Below the pieces are notes generated by a model. It saw only the letters and a list, made by a program, of their open reading frames with translations, searched no databases and had not been told where the DNA came from. Below are positions 17,890 to 26,724 of a stretch of DNA of 64,000 nt, in pieces. Numbering within the stretch: the stretch's first letter is position 1; every line of letters begins with the position of its first letter. The DNA comes from Desulfobacterales bacterium (GTDB taxonomy: Bacteria; Desulfobacterota; Desulfobacteria; Desulfobacterales; UBA2174). The DNA is taken from assembly GCA_963668645.2 (NCBI GenBank), contig CAXXWC010000001.1, positions 128,001-192,000 of the forward strand, read 5' to 3'. A program made the translations under genes and the position numbers.

Positions 17890-18555
17890 ATGCTCGGCTC
17901 TAAACAATCGCTTCACATTTCAGGAATTGTCCTGGCCGCGGGCGCCTCCTTGAGGATGGGACGCACCAAACAGCTGCTGCCGGTTGCCCGCAGCAGCATG
18001 CTGGGCCAGGTGGTTGAGAACGCGCGCCGATCGGATCTGAACGATATCGTCGTTGTGTTGGGCCATCGCTCGGACCAGATACGGGCGCAGGTCGATCTGA
18101 GCGGCACCACCGTGATCCTCAACCCTGATTATGCCCTGGGCCAGAGCACTTCGGTAAAAGCCGGCATCGCCCGGGTGGCGGACGATGCCGATGCGGCCAT
18201 GATTCTGCTCGCTGACCAGCCCCTGGTGGGCGAGGAGGTTATCAACTGCCTGATTCAATCGTTTCGCCATAGCCGGGCGCCCATTGTCGTCCCGGTTTTT
18301 CAGGGACGCCGTGGAAACCCGGCAATCATCGCCCGGCCCTTGTTTAGCGAACTGATGACCTGCCTCACCGGCGATACCGGAGCCCGGATGCTGTTTTCGA
18401 ACCATTTAAATGAAATCCAGCGTGTCGCGGTTTCAACCGACGCCGTTCTTTTCGATGTCGATCGAATGGATGACTACCATCGCTTGCTGGCCCGATCCGA
18501 GGCGGGCGACGGCGCCATCGCCTTGACCGATCAAACGGCGGCCCGAACCGAATAA
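17890..18555 (+). CDS. mocA: Molybdenum cofactor cytidylyltransferase (MocA-like NTP transferase)
   Basis: VLAAGASLRMGRTKQLL, LADQP, GNPAI, GDTGAR and DVD motifs; Moco context. Start uncertain (17878 or 17890). Confidence 0.8.
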   Translation: MLGSKQSLHISGIVLAAGASLRMGRTKQLLPVARSSMLGQVVENARRSDLNDIVVVLGHRSDQIRAQVDLSGTTVILNPDYALGQSTSVKAGIARVADDADAAMILLADQPLVGEEVINCLIQSFRHSRAPIVVPVFQGRRGNPAIIARPLFSELMTCLTGDTGARMLFSNHLNEIQRVAVSTDAVLFDVDRMDDYHRLLARSEAGDGAIALTDQTAARTE

Positions 18556-18651
18556 CGACCAACAGCCGGTTGCGTTCTGCGCCGGTGCGACCAGGACCGA
18601 AGATGCAGCGCGACCCTTTCAGCGGATTCAAACAGACGGCGGAGTGTGACA

Positions 18652-19680
18652 ATGGGAGTTTTGAAGAAGATAAAGGTGGAAGATGCAGTCGGATTGTCTC
18701 TGGCCCACGACATAACCAGAATCGTTCCCGGAAAATTCAAAGGGGTAGGATTCAAGAATGGACATGTGATCCGCAAGGAAGATATTCCCGAACTGCTGAA
18801 AATCGGAAAGCGGAGCATCTACATCATGACCCTGGACGAAAATCAGATTCACGAGGATGACGCCGCCTTGCGGATCGCTCCGGCAATATGCGGCAAGAAT
18901 CTGAGGTGGACCGATCCAAAAGAGGGCAAGTCCAACATCGTCTGTGAAATGGACGGCCTGCTGCGGGTTCGGGCAGACGCCCTGCTTTCCCTCAACATGA
19001 TCGGGGATATCATCGTTTCCACAATCAAAGACGCAACCCCCTGCTGCAAGGATCAGATCGTTTGCGGAACGCGGATCATCCCGCTGATGATCGACAAGGA
19101 AAAAATCGAAGCCCTGGAAGAAACGGCCCGCCGCAATGGACCGGTTCTGGAAATCCTTCCCTATCTGAAAAAACGGGTCGGGGTTCTGGTCACCGGGTCG
19201 GAACTCTACCATGGCCTGATCAAGGACGAGTCCGATACCTATATCGGCAACAAACTGAAACAATACGGATGCTGGATCGAAAAAAAGATGGTGGCCAGCG
19301 ACGATCCGGTGATGATCTCAGATGCGCTGTCGGCGTTGAAGGCGGCCGGCTGCGAATTGATCATCGCCACCGGCGGGCTTTCGGTGGATCCGGACGACGT
19401 GACCCGCAAAGGCGTTCGAATGGCCGGCGCCGAGATCATCTCCTACGGTGCCCCGATCCTGCCCGGGGCCATGTTTCTCAACGCCCGGCTGGGAGAGGTT
19501 CCCATCATGGGACTGCCTGCCTGCGTCTTCTACCACAAGCGCACGGTATACGATCTGATGCTGCCGCGCCTGCTGGCAGGGGCACAGCCAACCGCCGAAC
19601 AGATCGCCGCGATGGGCCATGGGGGCCTGTGCATGAACTGCGAAGTATGCCATTTCCCGGCCTGTCCCTACGGCAGGTAA
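18652..19680 (+). CDS. MoeA-like molybdopterin-binding protein
   Basis: LAHDITRIVPG..KG, VTGSE, TGGLSVDPDDVT, PILPGAM, MGLPAC and C-terminal CxxCxxCxFPxC motifs. Confidence 0.85.
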   Translation: MGVLKKIKVEDAVGLSLAHDITRIVPGKFKGVGFKNGHVIRKEDIPELLKIGKRSIYIMTLDENQIHEDDAALRIAPAICGKNLRWTDPKEGKSNIVCEMDGLLRVRADALLSLNMIGDIIVSTIKDATPCCKDQIVCGTRIIPLMIDKEKIEALEETARRNGPVLEILPYLKKRVGVLVTGSELYHGLIKDESDTYIGNKLKQYGCWIEKKMVASDDPVMISDALSALKAAGCELIIATGGLSVDPDDVTRKGVRMAGAEIISYGAPILPGAMFLNARLGEVPIMGLPACVFYHKRTVYDLMLPRLLAGAQPTAEQIAAMGHGGLCMNCEVCHFPACPYGR

Positions 19681-19681
19681 G

Positions 19682-20689
19682 GTGCAACCCATGATCGAAA
19701 AAGCTCAGGAGTGGATCGCAAACGGCAACGAAGTGGCGCTGGCCACGGTCATCGCCACCTGGGGTTCGTCATCGCGCCAGGCGGGAAGCCAGCTGGTGGT
19801 CGACACATCCGGCAGGTTCGAGGGCTCGGTTTCCGGCGGCTGTGTCGAAGGCGCCGTGGTGGAGGAAGCCCTTGCGGTGATCCGCGAGGGAAAACCCAAG
19901 CGGGTGTTTTTCGGCGTCACCCGGGATCAGGCCTGGGAAGTGGGACTGGCCTGCGGCGGAGAGATCGAGATTTTCATCGAAAAGGTCACCTGGGCTGCGG
20001 ACCTGGACCGCCTGGCCGCGCTTTGCGCCGCAAGCCGGCCCGTGTGCCTGATCACCGATCTTGACGGCGGCCAGAAGCGGCTGGTGTCCCTGGATGAACC
20101 CGGTGCCGTCGAGGCCCTTTCTTCGGATATGCGGCCCCACGTCGAACGACTCATCCGGGGCGGGCGCAACACGGTGGTCGAAGCCGGCGGGCGCACCTTC
20201 TTTCTGCACCGATTCTATCCGCCACCCGAACTGATCGTCGTCGGTGCGGTTCATATCGCAAAGCCCCTTTGCCTGTTTGCCCGAACCGCCGGTTACAAGG
20301 TCACCGTCATCGACCCTCGCAGCGCATTTGCCAATCCGGACCGCTTTCCGGACGTGCCCTTCAGGGTGCAATGGCCCGATGAGGCCATGGAACAGATGAA
20401 CCTTCATCACGCAACGGCGGTGGTGGCCCTCTGCCACGATCCCAAGATCGACGATCCGGCGCTGGCAGCGGCCCTGAACTCCGACGCATTTTATATCGGC
20501 GCCCTGGGCAGCCGCAAAACCCACAAGGAACGCCTCGAACGCCTGGGTTCAGCCGGCTTCAGCGACGAGGCACTGAAACAGATCCACGGTCCTGTCGGCC
20601 TTGACATCGGCGCCCTCAATCCGGAAGAGATCGCCATCGCCATCATGGCCGAGATCACCGCGGTGCGCCGGAATGGAAACGGGTCATAA
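19682..20689 (+). CDS. xdhC: XdhC/CoxI-family Moco sulfuration/insertion chaperone
   Basis: GSVSGGCVEG, GLACGG, GAVHIA, YIGALGSRKT and GPVGLDIGA..PEEIA motifs. Confidence 0.9.
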   Translation: MQPMIEKAQEWIANGNEVALATVIATWGSSSRQAGSQLVVDTSGRFEGSVSGGCVEGAVVEEALAVIREGKPKRVFFGVTRDQAWEVGLACGGEIEIFIEKVTWAADLDRLAALCAASRPVCLITDLDGGQKRLVSLDEPGAVEALSSDMRPHVERLIRGGRNTVVEAGGRTFFLHRFYPPPELIVVGAVHIAKPLCLFARTAGYKVTVIDPRSAFANPDRFPDVPFRVQWPDEAMEQMNLHHATAVVALCHDPKIDDPALAAALNSDAFYIGALGSRKTHKERLERLGSAGFSDEALKQIHGPVGLDIGALNPEEIAIAIMAEITAVRRNGNGS

Positions 20690-20739
20690 GCGGCCGGGAC
20701 GCGATTTTACGGTTTTCCGGCAAGAATCAGACGGAGAAA

Positions 20740-21984
20740 ATGATGCGCTTCGATGCGGATCAACTCGCATTACAATTCAGCATCTTGAAACGGAAAGTAA
20801 ACGACCGGCCGCTTCATTACCTGGACAATGCCGCCACATCCCAGATGCCCGACTGCGTCATCGAGGCCGTCGCGCACCATGACCAAACCCGCCGGGCCAA
20901 TGTGCGCCGGGGGATTCACCACCTGTCTGAGCAGGCCGACGCCGCCTACGAGGCTGCACGGGAGGAGGTTGCCCGCTATCTGGGGGTCGGGTGGGCCGAC
21001 GAGGTCGTCTTTACCGGCGGGACGACCGCAGGCATCAACCTGCTGGCATACGGCCTGGGCGCCGCCCTCAAGCCCGGAGACGAGATCCTGATCTCCGAGC
21101 TCGAGCATCACAGCAACATCATCCCCTGGCAGCTTCTCAAACACCGGCAAGGCATCATCTTGTCCTATCTGCCGGTCACCGAAGACGGGCGCCTCGATCT
21201 GAGCGATCTTGACCGGTACATCAGCAAAAAGACAAAGATCGTGTCGCTGACCCATGGGTCGAACGTGACCGGGGCGGTCAGCGACGTATCCCGCATCGCC
21301 GGCGCGGCCCATCAAGCCGGGGCCGTGCTGGTATTGGACGGGGCCCAGACGGCCCCCCACGGCCCGCTGGACCTGCCGGCCCTCGGGGCTGATTTTTACG
21401 TTTTTTCCGGCCACAAGGTGCACGGCCCCAGCGGCATCGGCGTGCTGTGGGGACGAAAGGCGCTGCTGGACCGGATGCCGCCGGTGTTCGGCGGCGGGGA
21501 GATGATCGAATCGGTCAACCTTAAAGAGAGCTTCTTTCTCCCGCCCCCGCACCGCTTCGAAGCCGGCACCCCGCCCATCACCCAGGCCGTGGGGCTGGCA
21601 GCGGCCCTTGCCTGGTTCGCTTCCCAGGACATTGCCGGAATCAGAGCGCATCTGGATCAGCTCAGCGGCCGGATCCTCGACGGACTTTCCCGAATCGACG
21701 CCGGCCGGGAAACGATCCGGATCTTGGGCCCCGAAAAATCCGAGAACCGGTTGCCGCTCGTCTCATTTGCCGTTCGGGACATCCATCCCCACGATATCTG
21801 CCAGATCCTCAACGACCGCCACGGCGTGGCCCTGCGGGGCGGCCACCACTGCGCCCAGCCGCTTCACGACCGTTTATCGCTGGACGGCACCACCCGGGCC
21901 AGTCTTGCCGCCTATAACCGCCAGACCGACGTGGATGCGTTTCTCAACGGAATCGAGGACTGCATCGAAAAGTTCGGACGATGA
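20740..21984 (+). CDS. sufS: SufS-type (group II) cysteine desulfurase
   Basis: YLDNAATSQ, EHHSN, FSGHK (PLP Lys), RFEAGTP and RGGHHCAQP motifs. Confidence 0.92.
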   Translation: MMRFDADQLALQFSILKRKVNDRPLHYLDNAATSQMPDCVIEAVAHHDQTRRANVRRGIHHLSEQADAAYEAAREEVARYLGVGWADEVVFTGGTTAGINLLAYGLGAALKPGDEILISELEHHSNIIPWQLLKHRQGIILSYLPVTEDGRLDLSDLDRYISKKTKIVSLTHGSNVTGAVSDVSRIAGAAHQAGAVLVLDGAQTAPHGPLDLPALGADFYVFSGHKVHGPSGIGVLWGRKALLDRMPPVFGGGEMIESVNLKESFFLPPPHRFEAGTPPITQAVGLAAALAWFASQDIAGIRAHLDQLSGRILDGLSRIDAGRETIRILGPEKSENRLPLVSFAVRDIHPHDICQILNDRHGVALRGGHHCAQPLHDRLSLDGTTRASLAAYNRQTDVDAFLNGIEDCIEKFGR

Positions 21985-21996
21985 GGATTGATAAAA

Positions 21997-22431
21997 ATGA
22001 GTACCGATCTTTACAACGCGCAGATGCTGGCTTGGTCCGAGCAGGACGACCACGCCGGATCCATGGCCGATTTCGACGCCGAGGCGACTCTTTCCAACCC
22101 CCTGTGCGGCGACCGGGTGACGATCCGGCTGAAAATGGACGCAGACCGGATCGCAGATCTTCGCTATCAGGTCAGGGGGTGCCTACTTTGCAAGGCGGCC
22201 TGCGCCCACATGGCTGAGCTGGTGCGGGGGCTGGATCAACCGGGACTCAAAGCGCTCAGAGACGAATTCGAACGTTTTTTACAATCGGCGCCCGGTAACA
22301 GGCGGGCAGTTTCAGTCACCCATGAAATCTTTTCGCCCGTGCGGCCCCGCAAAAGCCGCCACCGCTGTGTCCTGTTGCCCTACGAAACCGCCATCAAGGC
22401 GTTACAGATACTGGGGTCCGCTTTTACTTGA
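21997..22431 (+). CDS. SufU/IscU-like sulfur-transfer protein
   Basis: SNPLCGD, GCLLCKAA and RHRCVLLP conserved Cys motifs; follows sufS. Confidence 0.85.
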   Translation: MSTDLYNAQMLAWSEQDDHAGSMADFDAEATLSNPLCGDRVTIRLKMDADRIADLRYQVRGCLLCKAACAHMAELVRGLDQPGLKALRDEFERFLQSAPGNRRAVSVTHEIFSPVRPRKSRHRCVLLPYETAIKALQILGSAFT

Positions 22432-22465
22432 CGCCATCATCGTTTTGCCAAATTGACAGCCGTTT

Positions 22466-23107
22466 TTAATCCGGAGCAGAAAACCATTCTTGAAGTATGC
22501 TTTTCAGCTTCTGAAAAGCGTCGTCCGTACAACGCCCGAAACTAACGTTCCGCGCCAGACGTCCATAAATCGAAGAGGATCGCGGCATGCGCGCACGACG
22601 AAGCGCAGCCTCCATGGCTTCTTTGGGGTGGGTCGGTTTGATCTGCCCGGCCGCGAGGAAGTTTTGTTCCTCAAGCCATATGCGTAGTGGTGGGAAGTCC
22701 CGCTTCCAACCCATAGCAGCGTCGACTTCAGGAGAATCGCTGAAAACCCAATTTTCCAGTTCAGGATCAATAACGATGGCGGCCGCCCGAGCCGCCCATC
22801 CGGATCGAGACAGCGTTGAGACAACCTGAAGCTCGAGCTCTGCTCTCGTTCTTGTATCTTTTCCGCAGCCCTCGCGATCGAACATGACGATTGCATGAGC
22901 AAATCGTCTAGCAAAGGGACGAAGAAAAGCATCGGCGTGCAGCAGGCAACCCGGGTCGCTCTCTGGATGGATATAAAAAACGGCGGAAAGAGGACGAAGG
23001 GCCAGGGCTTGAGGCCGGCTTAGCAGCCCTTCCATGGCAAATTTCATATTTTTATCAGCCGTTAGAACCACCAGATCAGATTCATACGCACACGCGCATT
23101 CATTCAT
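22466..23107 (-). CDS. Putative TOPRIM-like partner of an ABC/OLD-type ATPase (resembles MADS protein MAD4)
   Basis: DLVVLTADKNM, DPGC, VMFDREG, IDPELENW and HPKEA motifs; ATGA overlap with the upstream ATPase. The MAD4 resemblance is from memory. Confidence 0.6.
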   Translation of the reverse strand: MNECACAYESDLVVLTADKNMKFAMEGLLSRPQALALRPLSAVFYIHPESDPGCLLHADAFLRPFARRFAHAIVMFDREGCGKDTRTRAELELQVVSTLSRSGWAARAAAIVIDPELENWVFSDSPEVDAAMGWKRDFPPLRIWLEEQNFLAAGQIKPTHPKEAMEAALRRARMPRSSSIYGRLARNVSFGRCTDDAFQKLKSILQEWFSAPD

Positions 23108-24366
23108 CCCAGCACCCCGCCTGCGAATAAAACACCTAAGTTCGCTTCCCCTTTCCAATCCCTAAGGGCTGGGTGTTCATCGCCTGCAACAATATCGACG
23201 GCTCCCTGCTCTGTTCGTGCAAAACATAATACGCTCTCGGGTTTCACCAGACTGAGAACGACCGGAGAATGCGTTGCTACAAGAATCTGGGCATCATATA
23301 CCGATGAAAGGGATTGAAACATCGTATCAACTGCTCGCGGATGGATGCCGTTCTCCGGCTCTTCGATAAGATAGATGCCTGAAAAATTGGGAAGGTAGGC
23401 CAGGATGGAGAGCGCCATCAACCGCAGCGTCCCATCCGAGGCCATCCAGGAGGGCACGCTGAGACCGCCGGCGTACTCCAACATCAAGTAGCGGTGCCGA
23501 TCGTCTTGCCGTTCGATGGTGCGTATGTTTTCGAGATCCGGCAAGGCAGTGCGCAAATGAGATATCCAGTTGGCAAAGCGATCCTCATCGGTATTTTTTA
23601 ATTGGTCGATCACCCAGGGCAAGTTGGAGCCGTCGGCTCTAAAATTACGCCCTTGACCCGGCGGGCTTGCTCGGCGAATCAGCAGGCTGTTGAGCATGAG
23701 TTGGGTAACATTTTCGGTCAACAGGCTTTTCAGCCAGGATGTCACCGGAAAGTTGGCCTCATCCGCCGGAAGGTTGGCTAAAGCGGATTTCTGAGGGCCA
23801 AGCTTAAATGACGGTGCCCAGCCCTTGCCCTTTTCACGGTAAACTTCGGAGTAGAAGTTATCATTGCCGTTGGGCACCTTATTGACAATAACCGACGTGC
23901 CTTTTAACCGGGCCGGGGTAATGATCGTATCAGGAGGATTCTTCTTTACAGGAAAGAGCGACCGCTGAGTAATCGCCGGTTTGTTGTCCATTATTTTCAG
24001 AAGCACCTTTTCCGTCCGGATTGAGATCTCCTGGCTGTCTTGATCCAACTGCAAGGCGATCTCATAGCGCACCTTTTCACATTGCGGGTCACGCAACATG
24101 CCCCTCATGTTTTCTGGGATGGCCGCTTCTACAGCCAGCTCAAATCCTTCGCCCACTCTCCACCAGAGCAGGTCCTGGAAGTTTTTGGTTCTTTTACCGA
24201 CTGCCGCCAGCGGTCCTTCTGAAACCAGATCCCCCAGAAAGGAAACGACATCCAAAAAAGTGGTTTTGCCGCTAGCATTCGGACCGACAAGCACATGAAA
24301 CGGAGCAAGGGCCTGCCGAACGTAATACAGGCAGCGATAGTTTTTGGCTTCGATGAGGGTGATCAT
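23104..24366 (-). CDS. ABC/AAA_21-type defence ATPase (resembles MADS protein MAD3)
   Basis: Walker A GPNASGKTT, signature ASDGTLR, Walker B LIEEPENGIHP and H-loop ATHSP. Confidence 0.8.
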   Translation of the reverse strand: MITLIEAKNYRCLYYVRQALAPFHVLVGPNASGKTTFLDVVSFLGDLVSEGPLAAVGKRTKNFQDLLWWRVGEGFELAVEAAIPENMRGMLRDPQCEKVRYEIALQLDQDSQEISIRTEKVLLKIMDNKPAITQRSLFPVKKNPPDTIITPARLKGTSVIVNKVPNGNDNFYSEVYREKGKGWAPSFKLGPQKSALANLPADEANFPVTSWLKSLLTENVTQLMLNSLLIRRASPPGQGRNFRADGSNLPWVIDQLKNTDEDRFANWISHLRTALPDLENIRTIERQDDRHRYLMLEYAGGLSVPSWMASDGTLRLMALSILAYLPNFSGIYLIEEPENGIHPRAVDTMFQSLSSVYDAQILVATHSPVVLSLVKPESVLCFARTEQGAVDIVAGDEHPALRDWKGEANLGVLFAGGVLG

Positions 24367-24405
24367 TATGTTGCCCCTGTGCTCATTTGATTCGTGATAC
24401 TTGGG

Positions 24406-24569
24406 TTTCCCCGATCCGAGCGAATCTGCCAGAAGAGCGCCTTTGCACAGAAGCGAATTGAAGACGAAACAAGCGGCATCAATCTGACGAAGAGTAGGCT
24501 CGACCTGGGCGCCGGCAAAGGCCGCAATGATTTTTCAACGCTGGACGGCGGAAAACGCCGGTTCAACAT
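24406..24569 (-). pseudogene. Frameshifted N-terminal relic of an SNF2-type helicase
   Basis: RRFPPSSVEK, then a frame change in the A5 run (24531-24535), then IIAAFAGAQVEPTLRQIDAACFVFNSLLCKGALLADSLGSGK, matching the Q-motif and motif I (LADEVGLGK) of SNF2 helicases. Similarity stops after motif I. Confidence 0.6.
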
Positions 24570-24936
24570 GTGGGGTGATGTTATAGCAGCTGATATAATT
24601 GAAGCAACGAAAAATTACCAGTTCCGAGGATCATCCGGGCATCCGGAGACAACCTGCGACCTGGCACCGCCTTTTCGGACGGCGGCAGGTTTTTTCTGTT
24701 ACCATTGAAATTGTTAGATTCTTAACCAGACATACCAGAGAGTGGCTTGGCCCAAGCTATCCGGTTGACTTCCCCACTGCACTCGTTTACAGATAGTGTC
24801 GTTTTGCAGTGCGGTCACTGACGCCTCTGCCCCATCCATTCCCCCGCTTTTGTTGCACATCATTGCCCCCAGGCGCCGGCCGTGCTGATCGTATTCGGGT
24901 CCAAGGATCGAGTAACGCCTGAAACGCGGAGGATCG

Positions 24937-25440
24937 ATGGCCCAGTGCATCCTGCTCAATGCGGACTATTCATTTCTCAATATCGTCAGCTGGCGGCGGG
25001 CCATGTGTCTCGTGGCCAAGCAGAAGGTGGAAGTGTTGAGCTATGCGAAGCGGTCGGTGGGATGTGTCGCGGGGATTCGCCGCGCCGTGCCGGCCGTGAT
25101 GCGCCTGATCAAGCTGATCCGCACCATCTACCGTGCCAGGGTGCCGTTTTCAAAGCGCAACGTGCTGATCCGCGACGGATTTTGCTGCGCCTACTGCGGG
25201 GCCTCGGGAAAACGGCTCACCGTCGACCATATCGTTCCACGATGCCGGGGGGGGGCCAATGATTTTGACAACTGCGTGGCCTGCTGCCAGGCCTGCAACG
25301 CGCACAAGGGCGGTCGCACCCCGAACGAGGCCCACATGAAGTTGCGCCGGCGCCCCTACCAGCCGACCATCTCGGAATTCATCCGCCTCAAGTTCGCCTC
25401 GTTGAATATCGACGATGCCTTAGCCGAGGTGCTACGATGA
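24937..25440 (+). CDS. HNH endonuclease (McrA-like, stand-alone)
   Basis: LLNADY, RDGFCCAYCG, TVDHIVPRCRGG and CCQACNAHKG motifs; SD GGAGG. Confidence 0.9.
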   Translation: MAQCILLNADYSFLNIVSWRRAMCLVAKQKVEVLSYAKRSVGCVAGIRRAVPAVMRLIKLIRTIYRARVPFSKRNVLIRDGFCCAYCGASGKRLTVDHIVPRCRGGANDFDNCVACCQACNAHKGGRTPNEAHMKLRRRPYQPTISEFIRLKFASLNIDDALAEVLR

Positions 25441-25580
25441 TGTCTGCCCGAAAACGGCATCTTTCAGCCCCTGACGGCGTTCTCGCTCGTTTTCAATCCT
25501 CGAAATAGCGGACTATGTCTCCGGATGAAAGCGCGCTCGGGCCTTGCCAGGAACCAGAATCTACCATTTCCTCACGGACA
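25441..25580. repeat. Putative MITE/REP-like palindromic element (about 140 bp)
   Basis: Imperfect terminal inverted repeats (TGTCTGCCCGAAAACGGCA vs TGTCCGTGAGGAAATGGTA on the other strand, 12/19 identical) and a central stem TTTCAATCC...ATAG-CGGA-CTAT...GGATGAAA. Only one copy in the window. Confidence 0.4.
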
Positions 25581-25608
25581 CTGGGCTGACAAGGCTTCGC
25601 AACCCGGG

Positions 25609-25881
25609 CTAGGGCTTCCCCAGATGGCGTGCCATGCACGCCTGCCACAGGCCGGCATCCAGAATGCATACGTCGCCGCCCTCATCCCGGGTGGCCACCA
25701 CCACGCCGAAATTTTCGGGAATCGGTGCGTCGCAGGTCTCCCCTTGAATTGCGGCGAAATGCGGCACCGGTGCGATGAACTGGCCCATCACCCCGGCGTC
25801 GACCACCGCCGCACAGCCTGTTTCGGGAATCACCAGAAGGTTGCGGTCCTGATCCTCATCGTGGACAAAATAGGCGATCAT
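25609..25881 (-). CDS. Hypothetical protein (90 aa)
   Basis: MIAYFVHDEDQDRNLLVIPE..., SD AAGGAGA, globular composition. Confidence 0.7.
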   Translation of the reverse strand: MIAYFVHDEDQDRNLLVIPETGCAAVVDAGVMGQFIAPVPHFAAIQGETCDAPIPENFGVVVATRDEGGDVCILDAGLWQACMARHLGKP

Positions 25882-25974
25882 AGGGCGGTCTCCTTGGTCA
25901 AAGCGCAACGCCGGCCGGCGCCCCGAGGGCATCACCGGCCGGCAGGCGGGTCAAACGCTCAAGTGCTGGAACGA

Positions 25975-26058
25975 TCAAACCAGCGTGTAAATGATCAGCC
26001 CCGCATTCAGGGCGACAACGGCTGCAAAACCGATATTGTACCAGTGATGTTTGTTCAT
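25975..26058 (-). CDS. Small single-TM protein, 27 aa (MNKHHWYNIGFAAVVALNAGLIIYTLV)
   Basis: Strong SD AAGGAGG 5 nt before the ATG; one hydrophobic helix. Confidence 0.6.
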   Translation of the reverse strand: MNKHHWYNIGFAAVVALNAGLIIYTLV

Positions 26059-26149
26059 GGGCGCCTCCTTTTTTGCGGCAGGGGCAAGGGCCTTCGACTT
26101 TCCGGCCCGGCTGCGATCTTGATCCAAGATAGCAACGGCGCCCGGTTGG

Positions 26150-26620
26150 TCAAGCACGCAAGGTGGCAGTCAGGCGCAGCGGATTGCGCAGCAGGTCCAG
26201 CGCATCACCGACCGAGCGGCAGACCACGTCGGCCGCCGCCAGGCTGACCGCCGCGGCGCCCTCTTCCAGGATCACGGCGATTCCCAGGGCCGCGGCCTCC
26301 AGCATCATCCGGTCGTTGCGCCCGTTGCCTATGGCGCAGGTGCGGCCCGGTCCCAAACGCCGCACAAAATCGAGTTTGCCCTGATCCTGGGCCCCCGGCT
26401 CCAGAATCGTCACGTCGCAAGGCACCGCGCGCATTCCCTCGCGGACCTTGCCGAAGGTGTCGGCGGTCAGAATGTGGATCTCCAAATCCCTGGACAGCCG
26501 GGTCAACCGCTCGGCCACCCCTTCGCACAGGATTCCGTCCACCGCCAGGGTGCCGTTGTAATCCAGCACCAGGTGGTCGAGTTTCAACGGTCCCCAACCG
26601 GGGATATCGACTTGGATCAT
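26150..26620 (-). CDS. HAD-superfamily hydrolase (soluble P-type ATPase-like)
   Basis: LVLDYNGTLA, LTADTFG and IGNGRND motifs. Confidence 0.88.
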   Translation of the reverse strand: MIQVDIPGWGPLKLDHLVLDYNGTLAVDGILCEGVAERLTRLSRDLEIHILTADTFGKVREGMRAVPCDVTILEPGAQDQGKLDFVRRLGPGRTCAIGNGRNDRMMLEAAALGIAVILEEGAAAVSLAAADVVCRSVGDALDLLRNPLRLTATLRA

Positions 26621-26724
26621 TCGCTTTTTCTCCTATAGCTGGCCTTGTATGTCATGGACCCACGGCATGGCGCAAAAAACGTCGGCTGCCTCGTTCCCTT
26701 TTCACCGATGGCCTCTGTCCGTCC

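Noticed and set aside
24661..24677. sigma54-like TGGCAC upstream of the HNH gene
   Set aside because: The -12 position reads TTTC instead of TTGC.
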